Assembly (NCBI GenBank): GCA_951406725.2
Contig: OX597819.1
Location: 69,626,001 to 69,690,000 of the forward strand
Length of the DNA: 64,000 bases
From: Octopus vulgaris
Lineage: Eukaryota
Reading direction: 5' to 3'
Within the stretch, counting starts at the first letter, position 1, and every line of letters begins with the position of its first letter. The notes beneath the pieces were generated by a model. That model searched no databases. It saw nothing but the letters and a program-made list of their open reading frames with translations, and was not told where the DNA came from. Positions 1 to 13,770 of this stretch are shown here, one piece after another. A program made the position numbers and the translations under genes.

Positions 1-53
1 ATAAACCTATATATATATACATATATGTGTGTGTGTGTACATTGACAAACGTA

Positions 54-54
<1 letters not shown>

Positions 55-93
<39 letters not shown>

Positions 94-583
94 TCTAGTT
101 GTGTGAGTGTCTGTCCCCTTCGATTTAGATTCCTAACTCCTCCCACATTTTGCGGTGCAGTTTAACCAAAACCGGGTATCTTATAGTCGTGATTCATATC
201 GAGCCCGTCTGACTATTAGCGCGCGTCAACGATGAGTCTACAATTTTAAAAATAATTTAACATCATTTTTTATTCCATTTTAATGCATAAAATGCATCGT
301 GTGTCGATGGCGGCGGAGTTGGCGTCCACGCTCACAGCTGCACCTGTTTGCTTCTTCCCCTTCCCTCCCTCGTGAAGCTGTGGGGAAGGGAGTGTAAAGA
401 AATCAACGTCGTAATGCGTTGTGAAGGAAACCAGCGTTCTTTTAGAACAACGACTTCATGGCTTGAAGATACCAAAACAAAAATGGCTAAGAAAGCCTGA
501 ATTTATAAGGGAAGTAACTCTCTAAAAATGCTTATATAGTTATTTCCCTTACAAACCCGAGCAACGCCGGGCGATACTGCTAG
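55..583 (+). mobile_element. Non-autonomous Helitron
   Basis: Ends in CTAG|T (580-583), preceded by a GC hairpin CCCGagcaacgcCGGG (556-571). The 5' end is CTATATA...TAAAACTCTAG with an expanded TA run. No TIRs. Confidence 0.75.
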
Positions 584-1350
584 TATATATATATATATGT
601 ATATGTATGTGAGTATAGATATATATAGACGTGCATATATATATTTGTGTGTGTGTGTGTGAGCGTATATGTATATATATATAAGATATATATATATAAT
701 ACATATATAATATATATATGTATTTAAAAATGTATATATCTACATATATATAAGCATAATCTTACATCTATATAAATGTATGTATATATACATATGTGTG
801 TGAGTGTATGTGTGAGACTGTGTGTATGTGTGTATGTGTGTGTGTGCATGTACATGTGTGTGTGTCTATATGACAGTACATATTTTGTGAACATTATATT
901 TGTTTTCCTCCCTACTATTGAGTTTCCTGGTAAACACCAGCAAACAAGCGACATAGGGAGTCATAGATGCTGAAGATTATGTAACGTGTTTCAACATGGT
1001 TCGAAACATATGTTTGTTTACCTGCACACATCTTCGCACGCATACACGCATATATACACATATATATACGCACATACATATACACACACAATCACAAGCT
1101 CTCACTCGTACTGACAGACTGAGAGATAGTGTCCAGCCAGTACATATACATGCTTGAATATATATGAGTGTGTCTGCTTCTGTTTTCAAATATGAAGGCA
1201 GGTATGTATATAGGAATATACATATGAACATGCATATGAACAGGCATATATGAACAAGCATATATACGTGTGTGTATAGGTACACACTTTTATGTATATA
1301 TATATATGTATATATATTATATACATTTATTATATATACATATGTATGTG

Positions 1351-1385
<35 letters not shown>

Positions 1386-2150
1386 TGTTTGTATGTATAC
1401 ATGTATGTATATATACAATTTATAACTTCAAACACACATTTACATTTAAAATATTATACATATATATATACACACATATGTACATTATATATATATATAT
1501 ATATAGATACATATATATATATATATATATATATACCTCCGTACATATAATATATATATATATATGTGTGTGTACATATATATATATATACACACACACA
1601 CGCATGTATATGCATATATATATATACACACACACATACAGACACACAAGCAGAGTACAACCACTATTGAAATGCTATGACATAGGACGTTCTTGCCTGC
1701 AGAAGACGGCTTTCGCATGTTTATCTCTAAATTCAATAAACAAAGAAATAAAAAGCCATCGAAAATTCGTGTTGCGCATGCGTATATGATTACCATTAAA
1801 AGTTTTGTTTTGCATTTAATGTTATTACTGTATTATTTTTTGTTTTTTGTATTGTATATTTTTCCTACCTGATTTTTGTTTTGCGATCATATCACTCCCC
1901 TCTCTCTCTCTCTCTCTCTCTGTTCTGTTTTGGTTCTGTGCATGAAAAAAGAAAATAGTTATTTTTATATATTTTTTAATTATATATATTTATTCTTCTG
2001 TGTCTTTTTTACGAATCAACAATCAGATCTTAGCGTAGACTAAAAATGTTTCTAATCTTCAAAAACGATCGCATATTAACATCTTATTTTCATTTAAAAG
2101 ATTTCGAGAAATTAATTTCGTTTTTCTCCGATTTTTTTTTTCCTTTTGAA

Positions 2151-2372
<222 letters not shown>

Positions 2373-3018
2373 TTGTTCAGCTCCATAAGTAAAACAAGCA
2401 CCAGTAATAACAATACCAACAACTATAATATTAGTATCATGACGAGCAAATGAAATTCGTAACAAATAACTGTTATTATACGGAATATCAACAAAACTCA
2501 GATTCAATTACCAACGTGTCAATTACCAAACTATTTTAAGGTGTGATGTCGTGTGGGTTGTTGTGTAATGTTGGAAAATATTTGAGTGTCTCTCACTTTT
2601 AAGAAAAACATTGGTGACATTCGAATTGTTGAAAACAAAGTTATACCGTAAATATCTAACTGCTGCGCCATTTTGTTTACGTCAGTTTTACGTTAGAAAG
2701 TATGCATATAATTCGTGTTCAGTGTCAGGTTATTTGGAAAGAAAGCAGAAATTTAGAACTAGACATTTTTCATGATTCTTTTCTTTTTCCCTCTCTTCTT
2801 TGGGTTTCTTTTTTGTCAGCAACAAGTGTTTTAATGTTCGATGAGCCTAATATCTTTGCATATATAGTTTGACGAGGGCTAGCTGACTGAAGCTTTGCCC
2901 TCAGAGCCATCTCTTTGTACCTCTGAATTTCAGATACTATTCATTTTTCCCAGCTGAGTGCACTGCAGTAACTGAAGTCAAGTGTCTTGGTCAAGGACAC
3001 AATGCACCGCTAAGAATT

Positions 3019-3252
3019 GAGGCGGCGAACTGACAGAATCGTTAGCATGCTGGGTAAAATGCTTAGCAGTATTTCGTCTGCCGTTACGTTCTGAGTTCAA
3101 ATTCCACCGAGGTCGACTTTGCCTTTCATCCTTTCAGGATCGATAAATTAAGTACGAGTTTCGTACTGGGGTCGATGTAATCGACTTAATCCCTTTGTCT
3201 GTCCTTGTTTGTCCCATCTATGTTTACCCCCTTGAGGGAAATAAAGAAATAG
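3019..3252 (+). mobile_element. tRNA-derived SINE, family B (Meta-SINE-like core)
   Basis: GGCGGCGAACTGACAGAATCGTTAG head, B-box GAGTTCAAATTCC, core GACTTTGCCTTTCATCCTTTCAGGATCGATAAA, tail AATAAAGAAATAG. Many copies in the window. Confidence 0.85.
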
Positions 3253-3354
3253 GAATGACCTTGCGAACGTGTGCGCTACGTCGCGCGCTTTTTTTCTCTC
3301 TCTCTCTCCCCCAAACGCACACATTCATACATACACACTTACATACGTATGCAT

Positions 3355-3950
3355 GTTTACGGCACGATGTTGTTACTAAGACAATTTGCAATGCCATCCT
3401 CAAAAAAGACTGTTCTGAAATAAACTTAGAAAATCCCTGTTATGGAATACATTCATAAACACCAACTCAAGGAATACTGGTGGAATATTCCCATCAAAAC
3501 CTCTGTCAAATGTAAACATAACAGGCCGGGTATTGTTGCTTGGGACAGAGGGGCAAAGGTATGTAACATCATAGTGGTCAGTTGCCCTGCATATATGAAT
3601 ATCTCTTTGAAAATCAAAGAAAAAGAGGATATCTACGGACAACTGCTTCGAAACCTCCAGCTATGAATTCATATTCATACGAAGAATTGGAGCGCTAGGT
3701 TTTGTTAGTAAATGCTTAAATGAGAATCTGGATAAACTGAGATTTTCAGGAAGAGAAATCGATCGGCTATTTCGTACATTACAAGTGCAATCTGTGAGTA
3801 GGACAGTAAAAATGTTCAAGACTTTTCTCAACTTCCAGATGTGAAGTTGCCTGTGTTAACTACATCTCAGAGATGGAACCTTGTATCTGTGTTGGTAACC
3901 GGCTCCCTCCTTAGTGGAAGATTTATAATAATTGAAAAAATAAAAAAGAC
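3355..3950 (+). mobile_element. 3' fragment of an RLE-type (R4/Dong-like) non-LTR retrotransposon, degenerate
   Basis: Translates RHDVVTKTICNAI...YWWNIPIKTSVKCKHNRPGIVAWD...VSCP (RHD and RPD-like motifs), with frameshifts and an A-rich end. Confidence 0.8.
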
Positions 3951-4069
3951 ATATATATATAATTGCAGACATACATATATACGTACATATATGTGTATAA
4001 AACAACATATATATGTGTAAGCATAAATGCGTATTTGTATTTATGTGTGCATGTAACTATATGTGTATG

Positions 4070-4123
<54 letters not shown>

Positions 4124-4157
4124 TATTTGTATTTATGTGTGCATGTAACTATATGTG

Positions 4158-4251
<94 letters not shown>

Positions 4252-4442
4252 CGCTTGACAATTGGACTCGACGTGGGTGGCATATTAACGGGCATTCTGC
4301 AAATTTTCAGCAGAACAATCGGGGGATTGAGTGAACTGAGCCATGAACGCACCCAAATGCGTATCAGAAACAGCTGCAAGTCTATAATGCTTATATAAAG
4401 GCACAGGATCCACAATATGTTTCTTACTACCTGCAGCCTTAT

Positions 4443-4490
4443 GATTATTATTATTATTGTTGTTGTTGTTGTTGTTGTTATTATTATTAT

Positions 4491-4527
<37 letters not shown>

Positions 4528-4546
4528 GGTGGTTGTGGTGGTAGTT

Positions 4547-4578
<32 letters not shown>

Positions 4579-4670
4579 GGTGGTGGTGGTGGTGGTGGTG
4601 GTGGTGGTGGTGGTGGTGGTGGTGGTGGTGGTGGTGGTGGTAGTAGTAGTAGTATCATAATAATTATTAT
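4443..4670 (+). repeat. Compound TTA/TTG/TAG/TGG microsatellite
   Basis: Directly visible. Confidence 0.95.
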
Positions 4671-4687
4671 CAATATGCATATATACA

Positions 4688-5579
4688 TGCGATGTCTGAT
4701 AAATAAATACCGGGGCTGTTACCTTAGTAACGAATCTAATGCATGTAGAGTAAAGTCGCTTGGCAAAGATTGATCTTGAACTCTGCTGTTCAAGCGCTCC
4801 AAGCTTAACGTTCTAGCTCACTTCTGCTGTTTACTGCAGCGCTTGGAAGGAAGATGTGTAGCGTGTGATCGTCGCATTGACCATGACAGAGAAAGTTGTC
4901 ATGGCTATACCTGCTCACAGGCCTACGGAAATTGCAAAAAGTGTGTGGAGAGAAGTGCATGAGCTGCACACAAGTGTACGAGCTGATCAGACGTTATCAA
5001 GATGGCCGAAAAAACGTCGATATTGACGACGTTCTGGGACACCCGAATACAACACAACTGAGTAATGTATTGCAGATGTACGTGCAGCTGTGTTGAGGAA
5101 ATCGTCGAATCACCATCCGTGAATTATGAGACGATATGAGATTAGTTACACTTCAGTTCACTCCCTTATCAATGCATATTTGCGTATGAGATGCGTGTCT
5201 GCCAGGTTTATACAAAAACTGATTTCAGCTGGCCAAAAGTACACTCGGATTTCTGTTCCACGAGATCTTGATTGTGTTGAGAAAGATGACAACTTTTAGA
5301 AAATTTGCGTAGGTCTCTGAGCAGGTATCGCCAAGCTTTTCACAAAATTTGATGCAAATCTTTGCTCAACTTTTTCTGCCATGTTGAATGGTATGATCAC
5401 ACGCAACACACCTTCCGTCTAAGCACTGATGTAAACAGCGGAATTGAGCTAGAACGTTAAAACCTAGTACGCATCCACAACAAAGTTTAAGATCTACCTG
5501 TGCCAAGCTGCTTCTCTCTGCGTGCTTTAGCTTCGTTACTAAGGCAAGAGTTATGTTACTTATTGATCAGACCACGTAT
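4688..5579 (+). mobile_element. Degenerate, internally deleted mariner transposon
   Basis: HTH-like peptide KLQKVCGEKCMSCTQVYELIRRYQDGRKNVD...NRRITIRE...VSARF. Degenerate TIRs (TGCGATGTCTGATAAATAAATAC / GTTACTTATTGATCAGACCACGTA). Confidence 0.8.
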
Positions 5580-5586
5580 ATATATA

Positions 5587-5886
5587 TCACCGTGATCACC
5601 GTGACCGACCAGGCTATCAGATGTTGTTATAAATCGCTGGTCATAATGCACTTTGCATTGTTTTAGCCTGCAAATGATGCCGCCCCGCTGGCTAAGCGAT
5701 CAGGCCAACAGAAGAAAGAGTGAGAGAAGGTTGTGGCGAAAGAGTACAGCAGGAGTACTGCCGGAGCCTCGTGGAGCTTTAGGTGTTTTCGCTCAATAAA
5801 CACTCACGATGCCCGGTCTGGGAATCGAAACCGCGATCCTATGACCGCAAGACCGCTGCCCTAACCACTGTGCCATTGCACCTCCA
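5587..5886 (-). mobile_element. tRNA-derived SINE, family C
   Basis: Reverse complement begins GGAGGTGCAATGGCACAGTGGTTAGGGCAGCGG...GGTTTCGATTCCCAGACC; same head as 9425. Confidence 0.85.
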
Positions 5887-5913
5887 CACACACACACACA
5901 CACATACACACAT

Positions 5914-5990
<77 letters not shown>

Positions 5991-6577
5991 TATATTATAT
6001 TATATTATATTATATTATATTATATTATATTATATTATATTATATATCAACATGTATACATTTCCAGGTTAGCAGACTGGGGCACTGCAAACTAATGTGT
6101 CTTACACAAGGAGATAACGTGCTACCACGTCCAGCAATGTAACCTACAATCTTATATTCGTAAACCTGTATTCGTAAGCATTAGGACACTCAGCGGATTC
6201 ATTTGTACATGAATAACGCTTCCGTTCTAAAAATTCCAAATATTATGCGTAAAGTTGTATTTATCACATGACTTACGAAACCGGGGTTATATTCCAATCT
6301 AACAGAGTGGCAATTAGTCTAACGGAAGTACTGCAAGGTGCATATTAAGAAATTGTAAAGCATCACTTTAAAAAATTAGATATGATTTGAATGCTGGAAG
6401 CTACCGGCCGCTTGATTATAGAAATAGTGTTTTGTTGTAAAAGGAAAAAGAAAAAAATCGGGGAAAAAAAAAACACAGAGAAAACTGGACTGTGAATAAA
6501 CGTTTGATAAGTAGGTCGAGGCAACGTACATTTTCTAAAATAGTATGGTTTCGAAATGGGATATTTGTTTTGCATAG

Positions 6578-6764
6578 ATCTGCAGGCATCATGTGTTCTT
6601 CCAGTAATTATTCAGAATATAATACAACAAATATTCTTCGTCGACGTATAAGAACGTTTGCAGCATACTTATTGGGTGAGGCAAATCGAATACATCTCCA
6701 ATGGAATGATATGTGTTATCGGGCTCCGGTTCGAAGAATAAGTAATCAAAGAAAAGATTCCTAA
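6578..6764 (+). CDS. Possible host exon, unknown protein
   Basis: Non-repetitive open frame (SAGIMCSS...LQWNDMCYRAPVRR...) after TTTGTTTTGCATAG, an acceptor-like site. No recognisable homology. Confidence 0.2.
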
Positions 6765-6930
6765 ACCAGAAACGGAAGGAAGGTGACCTACTTCAAATTT
6801 AGGATGGAAAAGTACAGCTAATGGAGAGTTTATTAAATATCAACCTACTGTACATCAATATTAATTTGCCATAACCTCCAGTCTGATGTCTAATAAGTCG
6901 AATATATATATATATACATACATATTATTA

Positions 6931-7003
<73 letters not shown>

Positions 7004-7007
<4 letters not shown>

Positions 7008-8027
7008 TAGTTTTATTTTTATAGCGCGCTTTCACTTCACTACCGAGCGCAGCTCTGTGTGCCTTAGGTATGTGCTGTGATTTGTTGTGATGCTCTGATG
7101 GTTATTGTATGGAAAGTTTTCTGCGTAGAGTATGTGCAGTGCCTAGTAGTGCAATTTTCTGTATGTTATATGTGTTTGTAAGTCCTGGTGTTTTTGTTAT
7201 GTATCTGTCTGAATGTTTTTTTATCATGCATAATGCACCTACTATGATAGGAATTGTTTGTTTTTAGATTCCACATTCTGGTTACCTTTATTTCCAGGTC
7301 TTTGTATTTTGAAAGTTTCTTCATTTCTTTTAGAGACACGTAATCATCTGCTGGTATTGATACATCAATTAGAAAGCATTTTTTTCTTCATGATCTCTGA
7401 CAACTATATCCTGTCTGTTGGCCTTAATTTCTCTATCTGTGTGTATCGACATATCCCAGAGTATGGCTGCTTTCTCATTTTCTGTGACCTTTTTCTGGTG
7501 TGTGACTATACCATCTTTTTTCTGTTGTTATTCCATAATGTTGGCATAGCTTCCAGTGTATGTAGGTTCCAACTCTGTCATGTCTGTGAATATATTCCTT
7601 CTTAGCCAGGACTGGGCAGCCAGAGAATATATGATTTATTGTTTCTTGTCCATCTCCACATATTCTGCAGTTACTTGTTATATTTCTTTTCATTACATGT
7701 TTTTGGTAATTTCTGGTGGGGAGGCTTTGGTCTTGTGCTGCAATTAAAAATCCCTCTGTTTCTGCTTTGAGTCCTGAGCTTCTCAACCATTGCTGGGATT
7801 TTTCTTTGTCTATTTCTTTTGCGTTTAGTTTAGTCCAGTATTTACCATGAAGGGGCTTTTCTTGCCATTGTTTTATCATGGTTCGTTGCTGTTCTATTTT
7901 GAGTTAGGATTTCATTTGTTTTCTAGCTTTTGTTGTTTCTTCATCTTCTTCTTCTCCTTCTTCTCCATATTTATTAGGTGGTATGATTTCTTGTTTGTAT
8001 TTGTCAGCTTTCTTAAATACTGAGAAC

Positions 8028-8030
<3 letters not shown>
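7004..8030 (-). mobile_element. 5'-truncated R4/Dong-like RLE retrotransposon inside a (TAA)n array
   Basis: HGKY...WLRSSGLKAETEGFLIAAQDQ...CRICGDGQETINHIFSGC...RHDRV (CCHC knuckle plus RHD). (TTA)n arrays flank both ends. Confidence 0.9.
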
Positions 8031-8114
<84 letters not shown>

Positions 8115-8231
8115 TGTAGTAGTAGTAGTAGTAGTAGCATATAACATCCATACACACACACACATATATATATATAGGTATAATGTATGGATGTTATATG
8201 CTACTACTACTACAAATAATAATAATAATAG

Positions 8232-8287
<56 letters not shown>

Positions 8288-8519
8288 GGGAAGCTTTATG
8301 AAAATAGACAAAAGACGAAGGCAGGTGGAAATACACACACACGCATATAAATATGCACACACACACACACACACACAAACACGTATATATGTGGATAAAT
8401 TAACTCCAGTTAATATATATATTAACTGTAGTTAATTTGTTCGACTAAAGCCATTCAAGGTTGTACTTCAGCATAACCGCAGTTAAATGACTGAAACAAG
8501 TAAAAGAATAACAATAAAA

Positions 8520-8575
<56 letters not shown>

Positions 8576-8761
8576 AGGCGGAGGTGTGTCTGTGTGGTAC
8601 GTAGCTTGCTTCCCAACCACATGGCTCTGGCTTCAGTCCCACTGCGTGGCACCTTGGGCAAGTATCTTCAACTATAGCCTCGGGCCCACCAATGACTTGT
8701 GAGCGGATTTGGTAGACGGAAATTGAAAGAAGCCCGTCGTATATATACATATATATATAAA

Positions 8762-8814
<53 letters not shown>

Positions 8815-9046
8815 ATATATATGTATGTATATATGTATATATATATGTATGTATTTATGTATGTATATATGTATGTATTCGTGTGTATGTGTTTGTCCCC
8901 CACCCACTATCGCTTGAGAACCGATGCTGGTGTGTTTACTTAACGGTTCGGCAAAAAGAACCGATAGAATACGTACTGGGGGCAACTTGTTCGACTAAAG
9001 GTGGTGCTTCAGCATGGCCACAGTCAAATGACTGAAACAAGTAAAA
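8576..9046 (+). mobile_element. tRNA-derived SINE, family A (internal TA/TG microsatellite, LINE-like tail)
   Basis: Head ...GTGTGGTACGTAGCTTGCTTCCCAACCACATGG, GCACCTTGGGCAAGT, tail GGTGGTGCTTCAGCATGGCCACAGTCAAATGACTGAAAC. Confidence 0.85.
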
Positions 9047-9353
9047 GTCGGAAAGTTCTTCGTTCTCGTGTCTGTCCAATGATTTGTCTCCAAAGTGACA
9101 CGAATTCGTGAACTGTCGTTTAAGAATTCGAAAATGTATTAAGAGATATACGCAAAATTTCAAGCGATAAAACCTGTAAAGCAAATAACCGCAGAAAGGA
9201 TTCCATTGCCAAGATTACAGGAATCTAAGAAAACAGCGACATTGATTGCTTAGACGAGAAACCAAACTCACACTAGACGAGACATGTAATGCACCTGAAA
9301 CGCTTCTAATATACGTTATATCAAAACTTTATAGGATTTTTCATACCTATGTA

Positions 9354-9398
<45 letters not shown>

Positions 9399-9424
9399 CA
9401 TTTTATATATTATATATACATTAT

Positions 9425-9635
9425 GGAGGCGCAATGGCCTAGTGGTTAGGGCAGCGGACTCGCGGTCGCAGGATCGCGGTTTCGATTCTCAGACCGGGCG
9501 TTGTGTGTGTTTATTGAGCGAAAAAACACCTAAAAGCTCTACGAGGCTCCGGCAGGGGGTGGTGATCCCTGCTGTACTCTTTCACCACAATGGCGGTGCC
9601 CCAGCATGGCCACAGCTCAAAAGCTGAAACTGGAA
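9425..9635 (+). mobile_element. tRNA-derived SINE, family C, with CR1-type tail
   Basis: A-box TGGCCTAGTGG, B-box GGTTTCGATTC, tail GGCGGTGCCCCAGCATGGCCACAGC. Confidence 0.85.
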
Positions 9636-10123
9636 AAACAAAAACAAACAAAAACAAAAAACAAATTATATTGTATATAAATATGTGTATTATATATACA
9701 CATATATATGGATATTATATATATGAATGTATATATTATATATATAAATGTATGTGAGTGTGTATATATGTGTGTGTATGTGTGAGTTTCTGTGTGTTTT
9801 GATAAATAAAGAGACACATACATATATTCTTTCATAAATCACATGTACATAAATATGAATAATAAAGACATGTATAGACAGAGAGACAAATAGACAGAAG
9901 CACACTTCAGTAGGAAAAGATTAAAGAAACAGAGAAAAATAAAAAGACACACACACACACACATGCGCTTGCATACGCACACATACACATAGACAACGAG
10001 GCATGAGATTGTGACAAATTGAGACACGACTGCGTACCTATCTATATACTTAACACAGTTTCACAAGATAATGTAATGATACGTATGGCGAGGGTGGACA
10101 GAGTCGAGGATAATCTGTCTAGG

Positions 10124-10168
<45 letters not shown>

Positions 10169-10871
10169 GTATGTATGCATACGTATGCATCTATGCATGT
10201 ATGTATGTACGTAGGTATGTATGTAACTGTAGGAATGTATTTATGTGTCTGTATGTGAGGTGTGACAGACAGAGTGAAGTGAAATCATTTGAGTATGCGT
10301 GTTAAAACAAATCGATGTTTGCTTTTTTTTAACGTTATCTTTATATTATTGGGAAGATGAAACACAAAGTAAACTTAGATATATCTCTCTATGCATGCTT
10401 TTTGTATTAATATGTACATCCAGATAGCTGTCGTGCTTTCGTGTTTGCGTGATCGGGTTAATTTTTCAATCGAACTTCTCTACTCGGCGACATAACAAGT
10501 ATATCCTTTATCTAATCTTTGAGCAAGAACCCGAAAATGGATACATGCAAAGACAAGCAGACAAACAGATACACCCACCCACACACACACATTCATACGT
10601 GTATGTTCGCAGAAACATGCTCACACTTATGGACACACGTAGCATGAATATTATTAGCGTGTGTGTATGCATTATCTATATAAGTGTATATATATATATA
10701 TACATACATACATACATACATGTATATGTATATGTATTATATATTATATGATATATGTATGATATATATTGTACTTAGCATATATATATATATATATAAT
10801 ATAAATATATTACATATATACTATATTTATAATGCTTATTTTATATGTTATTATATATATTATATATGTAT

Positions 10872-10968
10872 ATGTCATTGTTCAGTTTTATTTCAAGATT
10901 CCTTGCCAATAGAGCTGGCTTCTAATCTAGATCCAAGGCTTCTCTACTGAATTTTCAACATCAGCACC
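10872..10968 (-). mobile_element. 3' terminus of the RLE element family seen at 20893
   Basis: Reverse complement matches 21375-21472 (CCTTGGATCTAG...GGCAAG...CTTGAAATAAA.CTGAA.AATGACAT). Confidence 0.75.
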
Positions 10969-11269
10969 ACGTCCCACTCTACGGATCAGAGTTTTAACAT
11001 TTTTCTCTTTATTCCATTAACCGATTAATTGAGTTGTAGCAACGTTGGATAGCTTCAAGTTTCTTCCTGAATTTTACTCTGTTCGATCACCAGAATTGGT
11101 GGGGGGGCAATAGCCTAGCCGTCTTGAAGACAAATGTCTTCAAATAGATCAACATGGTTTGATCTATTTCTGGTTTCTTGTTCTTGAAGGCCCTTAAAAA
11201 TCTATTCGGCAAGCTGTTTACATTACATATTAACAATATTCCCATGATAATATGCGTCATTACTCATGA

Positions 11270-12294
11270 GGTACTGGTCGTGACTAGGGGACCACAATCC
11301 CCGCTGGTCCAGGATATCTTGTGTGCATTGAATTTAAATTAATGTGTTGATAGCAGAAGATGTGGAACATTTCAACATCGAATTGCATATTTTTTCAACC
11401 CGCTGATATTTCGTACTGCATATACTCGACTATAAAACGCCCTCGCCTATAAGACGCAGCCCCGACTTACATACTTCAAATTTGGAATTTTTTCATTGAT
11501 CCGACTATAAGTCGCAGCGACTTTTTTGACGTTGCACAACAAAGTTCGATTAGGAATCGCGCCGACATAGTTGTTGTTTGATAACCGAGCTTTCATTAAG
11601 CTGGAGGTGTCTTACAACAACTCTTAACCCATTAAGCCCATTCAATTTAGAAACCGTTGTTTATAATGAAAAATGTTATCCTTTTCGGTTATTCCAAGTA
11701 TTGGAACATCAGACGTGGCTAGAAAATATCTGAAAATATTTTTTAATAGGATGCGCTTATAAGTCGCACCCGACCAACTTTAGGTGAAATTTTCAGGGGG
11801 AAAATGCGACTTATAACCGAGTATATACCGTATTTAAAATGGCGTTTAAGTACGTAGCATCTACACTTTTCTTTATGTAACATCCCCATAGCTTCAAGGA
11901 GTGACTATCTGTATAGTTGAGAGCATACCTGAGAAAGCTACTATAAACAGGATTGGCCACCGAGTCAGCACCTTGTGAGATTCCACTCACTGTTTGCTGG
12001 AAGATGGCCCCACTAATTACCACAACCTGATTTCTTTCCCTTGACAGGTGACGCAGCCACTTCCCTATTTTTTCGGGTATGAGAAGATGACGCAGTTTGT
12101 GGCATATTCCGTGAAGGATGTTATCGAAGGCTTTCGAAATGTTAAAATAAATTATATTCACATTTGAGCGGTTGAGCAACTATTTTAACAGCCATTTTTA
12201 AAGTTGCGAGAGGTGTGTGAGGCAGCTGCTTCCTGGTCGAAATCGACAATGGGTGTTATGTAGCAGGTCATTTTCTTCAAGTAAGATGATTAGG

Positions 12295-12295
<1 letters not shown>
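11270..12295 (-). mobile_element. Old CR1-group LINE RT fragment, interrupted by a MITE
   Basis: LEENDLLHNTHCRFRPGSSCLT / NVNIIYFNISKAFD..HGICHKLR / SGISQG aligns with the RT at 42973-45486. Similarity continues on the other side of the MITE. Confidence 0.85.
11416..11830. mobile_element. pogo/Tigger-like MITE with TA target duplication
   Basis: TA|CTGCATATACTCGACTATAAAACGC ... GCGACTTATAACCGAGTATATACCG|TA, with internal TATAAGTCGCA/TATAAGACGCA repeats. Confidence 0.8.
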
Positions 12296-12351
<56 letters not shown>

Positions 12352-12569
12352 GGTGTGTGTGTGTGCGTAATATTTGTTATTTTGTTCGAGTCAAGCTCTT
12401 GCTCCCTTGAAGTTCGCTTGTGGTTACACATGTCTTCAGGTAAGGATCTTGACTCGGTCGAACCAAACTATCGAGTAGTATTTTCAACACGAAACAGATA
12501 CACACACTCACATACACACACATACACACACACGAATACATACTCGTACACACGCACACATGTGTGTAT

Positions 12570-12921
12570 GTCCATCAGCGTTCACTGTTTTTCCCTCGTT
12601 CATGTCTAACGACCCATTCATGTTCTTTTTTCGTTCGGTTTCCCCGAATGTCTCCACTGTCCTGTTTTTGCTCCTAACTTTGAGCCTCCATAAATACAAA
12701 ATTTTATTTTGGTCTTTATGGGAGCAATTGTCTTCGAAGACTCATATTGTCGTTGATTGCTCGAAATGGAGAGTAGATAGTCAGCCCACAACTGATGGAG
12801 GGTCGCTCTTTGTATTTTTGTATTACTTGCCTTGTTTTCCATTTTTTCCCCCGTTATTTGTGTATTTAATTCTTTTGTTTTCGTATTTCTTGTTGTTTTC
12901 TGTTGGTGGCGTCCTGTACCG
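12570..12921 (+). mobile_element. Terminal-repeat-like element ending GCGTCCTGTACC, with a permuted hammerhead-like motif
   Basis: Related to 61021-61358; abuts a TA array; motif at 12722-12798. Confidence 0.6.
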
Positions 12922-12926
12922 ATATA

Positions 12927-12986
<60 letters not shown>

Positions 12987-13182
12987 AGAGAGAGAGAGAG
13001 AGAGAGAGAGATTACAAAAAGCCACCTTTAATCAATTCAAAATGAACAATTAAATTACACCATCTAGAAAATTACATATAATAGAAATATTAAATATAAA
13101 TATGAAATAACAATAATATACCGATGATTAAGTAATGTGCAAAATAATAAAACAATGTATATATTAGGTATATATATATATA

Positions 13183-13343
13183 AATCGACCCCAGGACTTA
13201 TTCTTTGTAAGCCTGGTACCTATTCTATCGGTTTCTCTTGCCGAACCGCTAGGTGACGGGGACTAAACACACCAGCGTCGGTTGTCAAGCGATACAGAGG
13301 GGACAAATACAGACACACAAACATATACACACACACACACACG

Positions 13344-13389
<46 letters not shown>

Positions 13390-13702
13390 TAGATATGTTT
13401 CGACCAAAGGTTGGTCCAGGCCATGTCTAACTTAATAGCACCACCTGATAGGATTACCTAAATCCTCTTCAAGTCAAGTTTTGTTTATGGTCCATTCAAG
13501 TAGTGAATTCTTGTTGAGTGAGTTGTATCCAGGTATGGGTGGCTTATCTGGTATTCCTTGAAGAAATCTGTCCAGACTCCGTTTAAACGTGATGGGATCC
13601 TTTTCCTCTTTGATCTCTTTCGGGACAATGTTAAACAGGGCAGGACCTGTTGGGGAAAAGAAGTCGTGTTGCAGTGTACCTATATGCTGTGATCCTGAAT
13701 TG

Positions 13703-13770
<68 letters not shown>

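Noticed and set aside
2866-2910. SECIS-like hairpin (UGAC-GAGGGC...GCCCUC-AGAG)
   Set aside because: It has UUGA rather than RUGA, no unpaired apical AA, no lower helix and no selenoprotein CDS nearby.
4260-4440. Unique open segment as a possible exon
   Set aside because: No consistent splice pair or recognisable peptide in any frame.
9425-9500. tRNA-like sequences here and at 27911 and 50094
   Set aside because: No acceptor stem, and each continues into a SINE body, so they are not tRNA genes.
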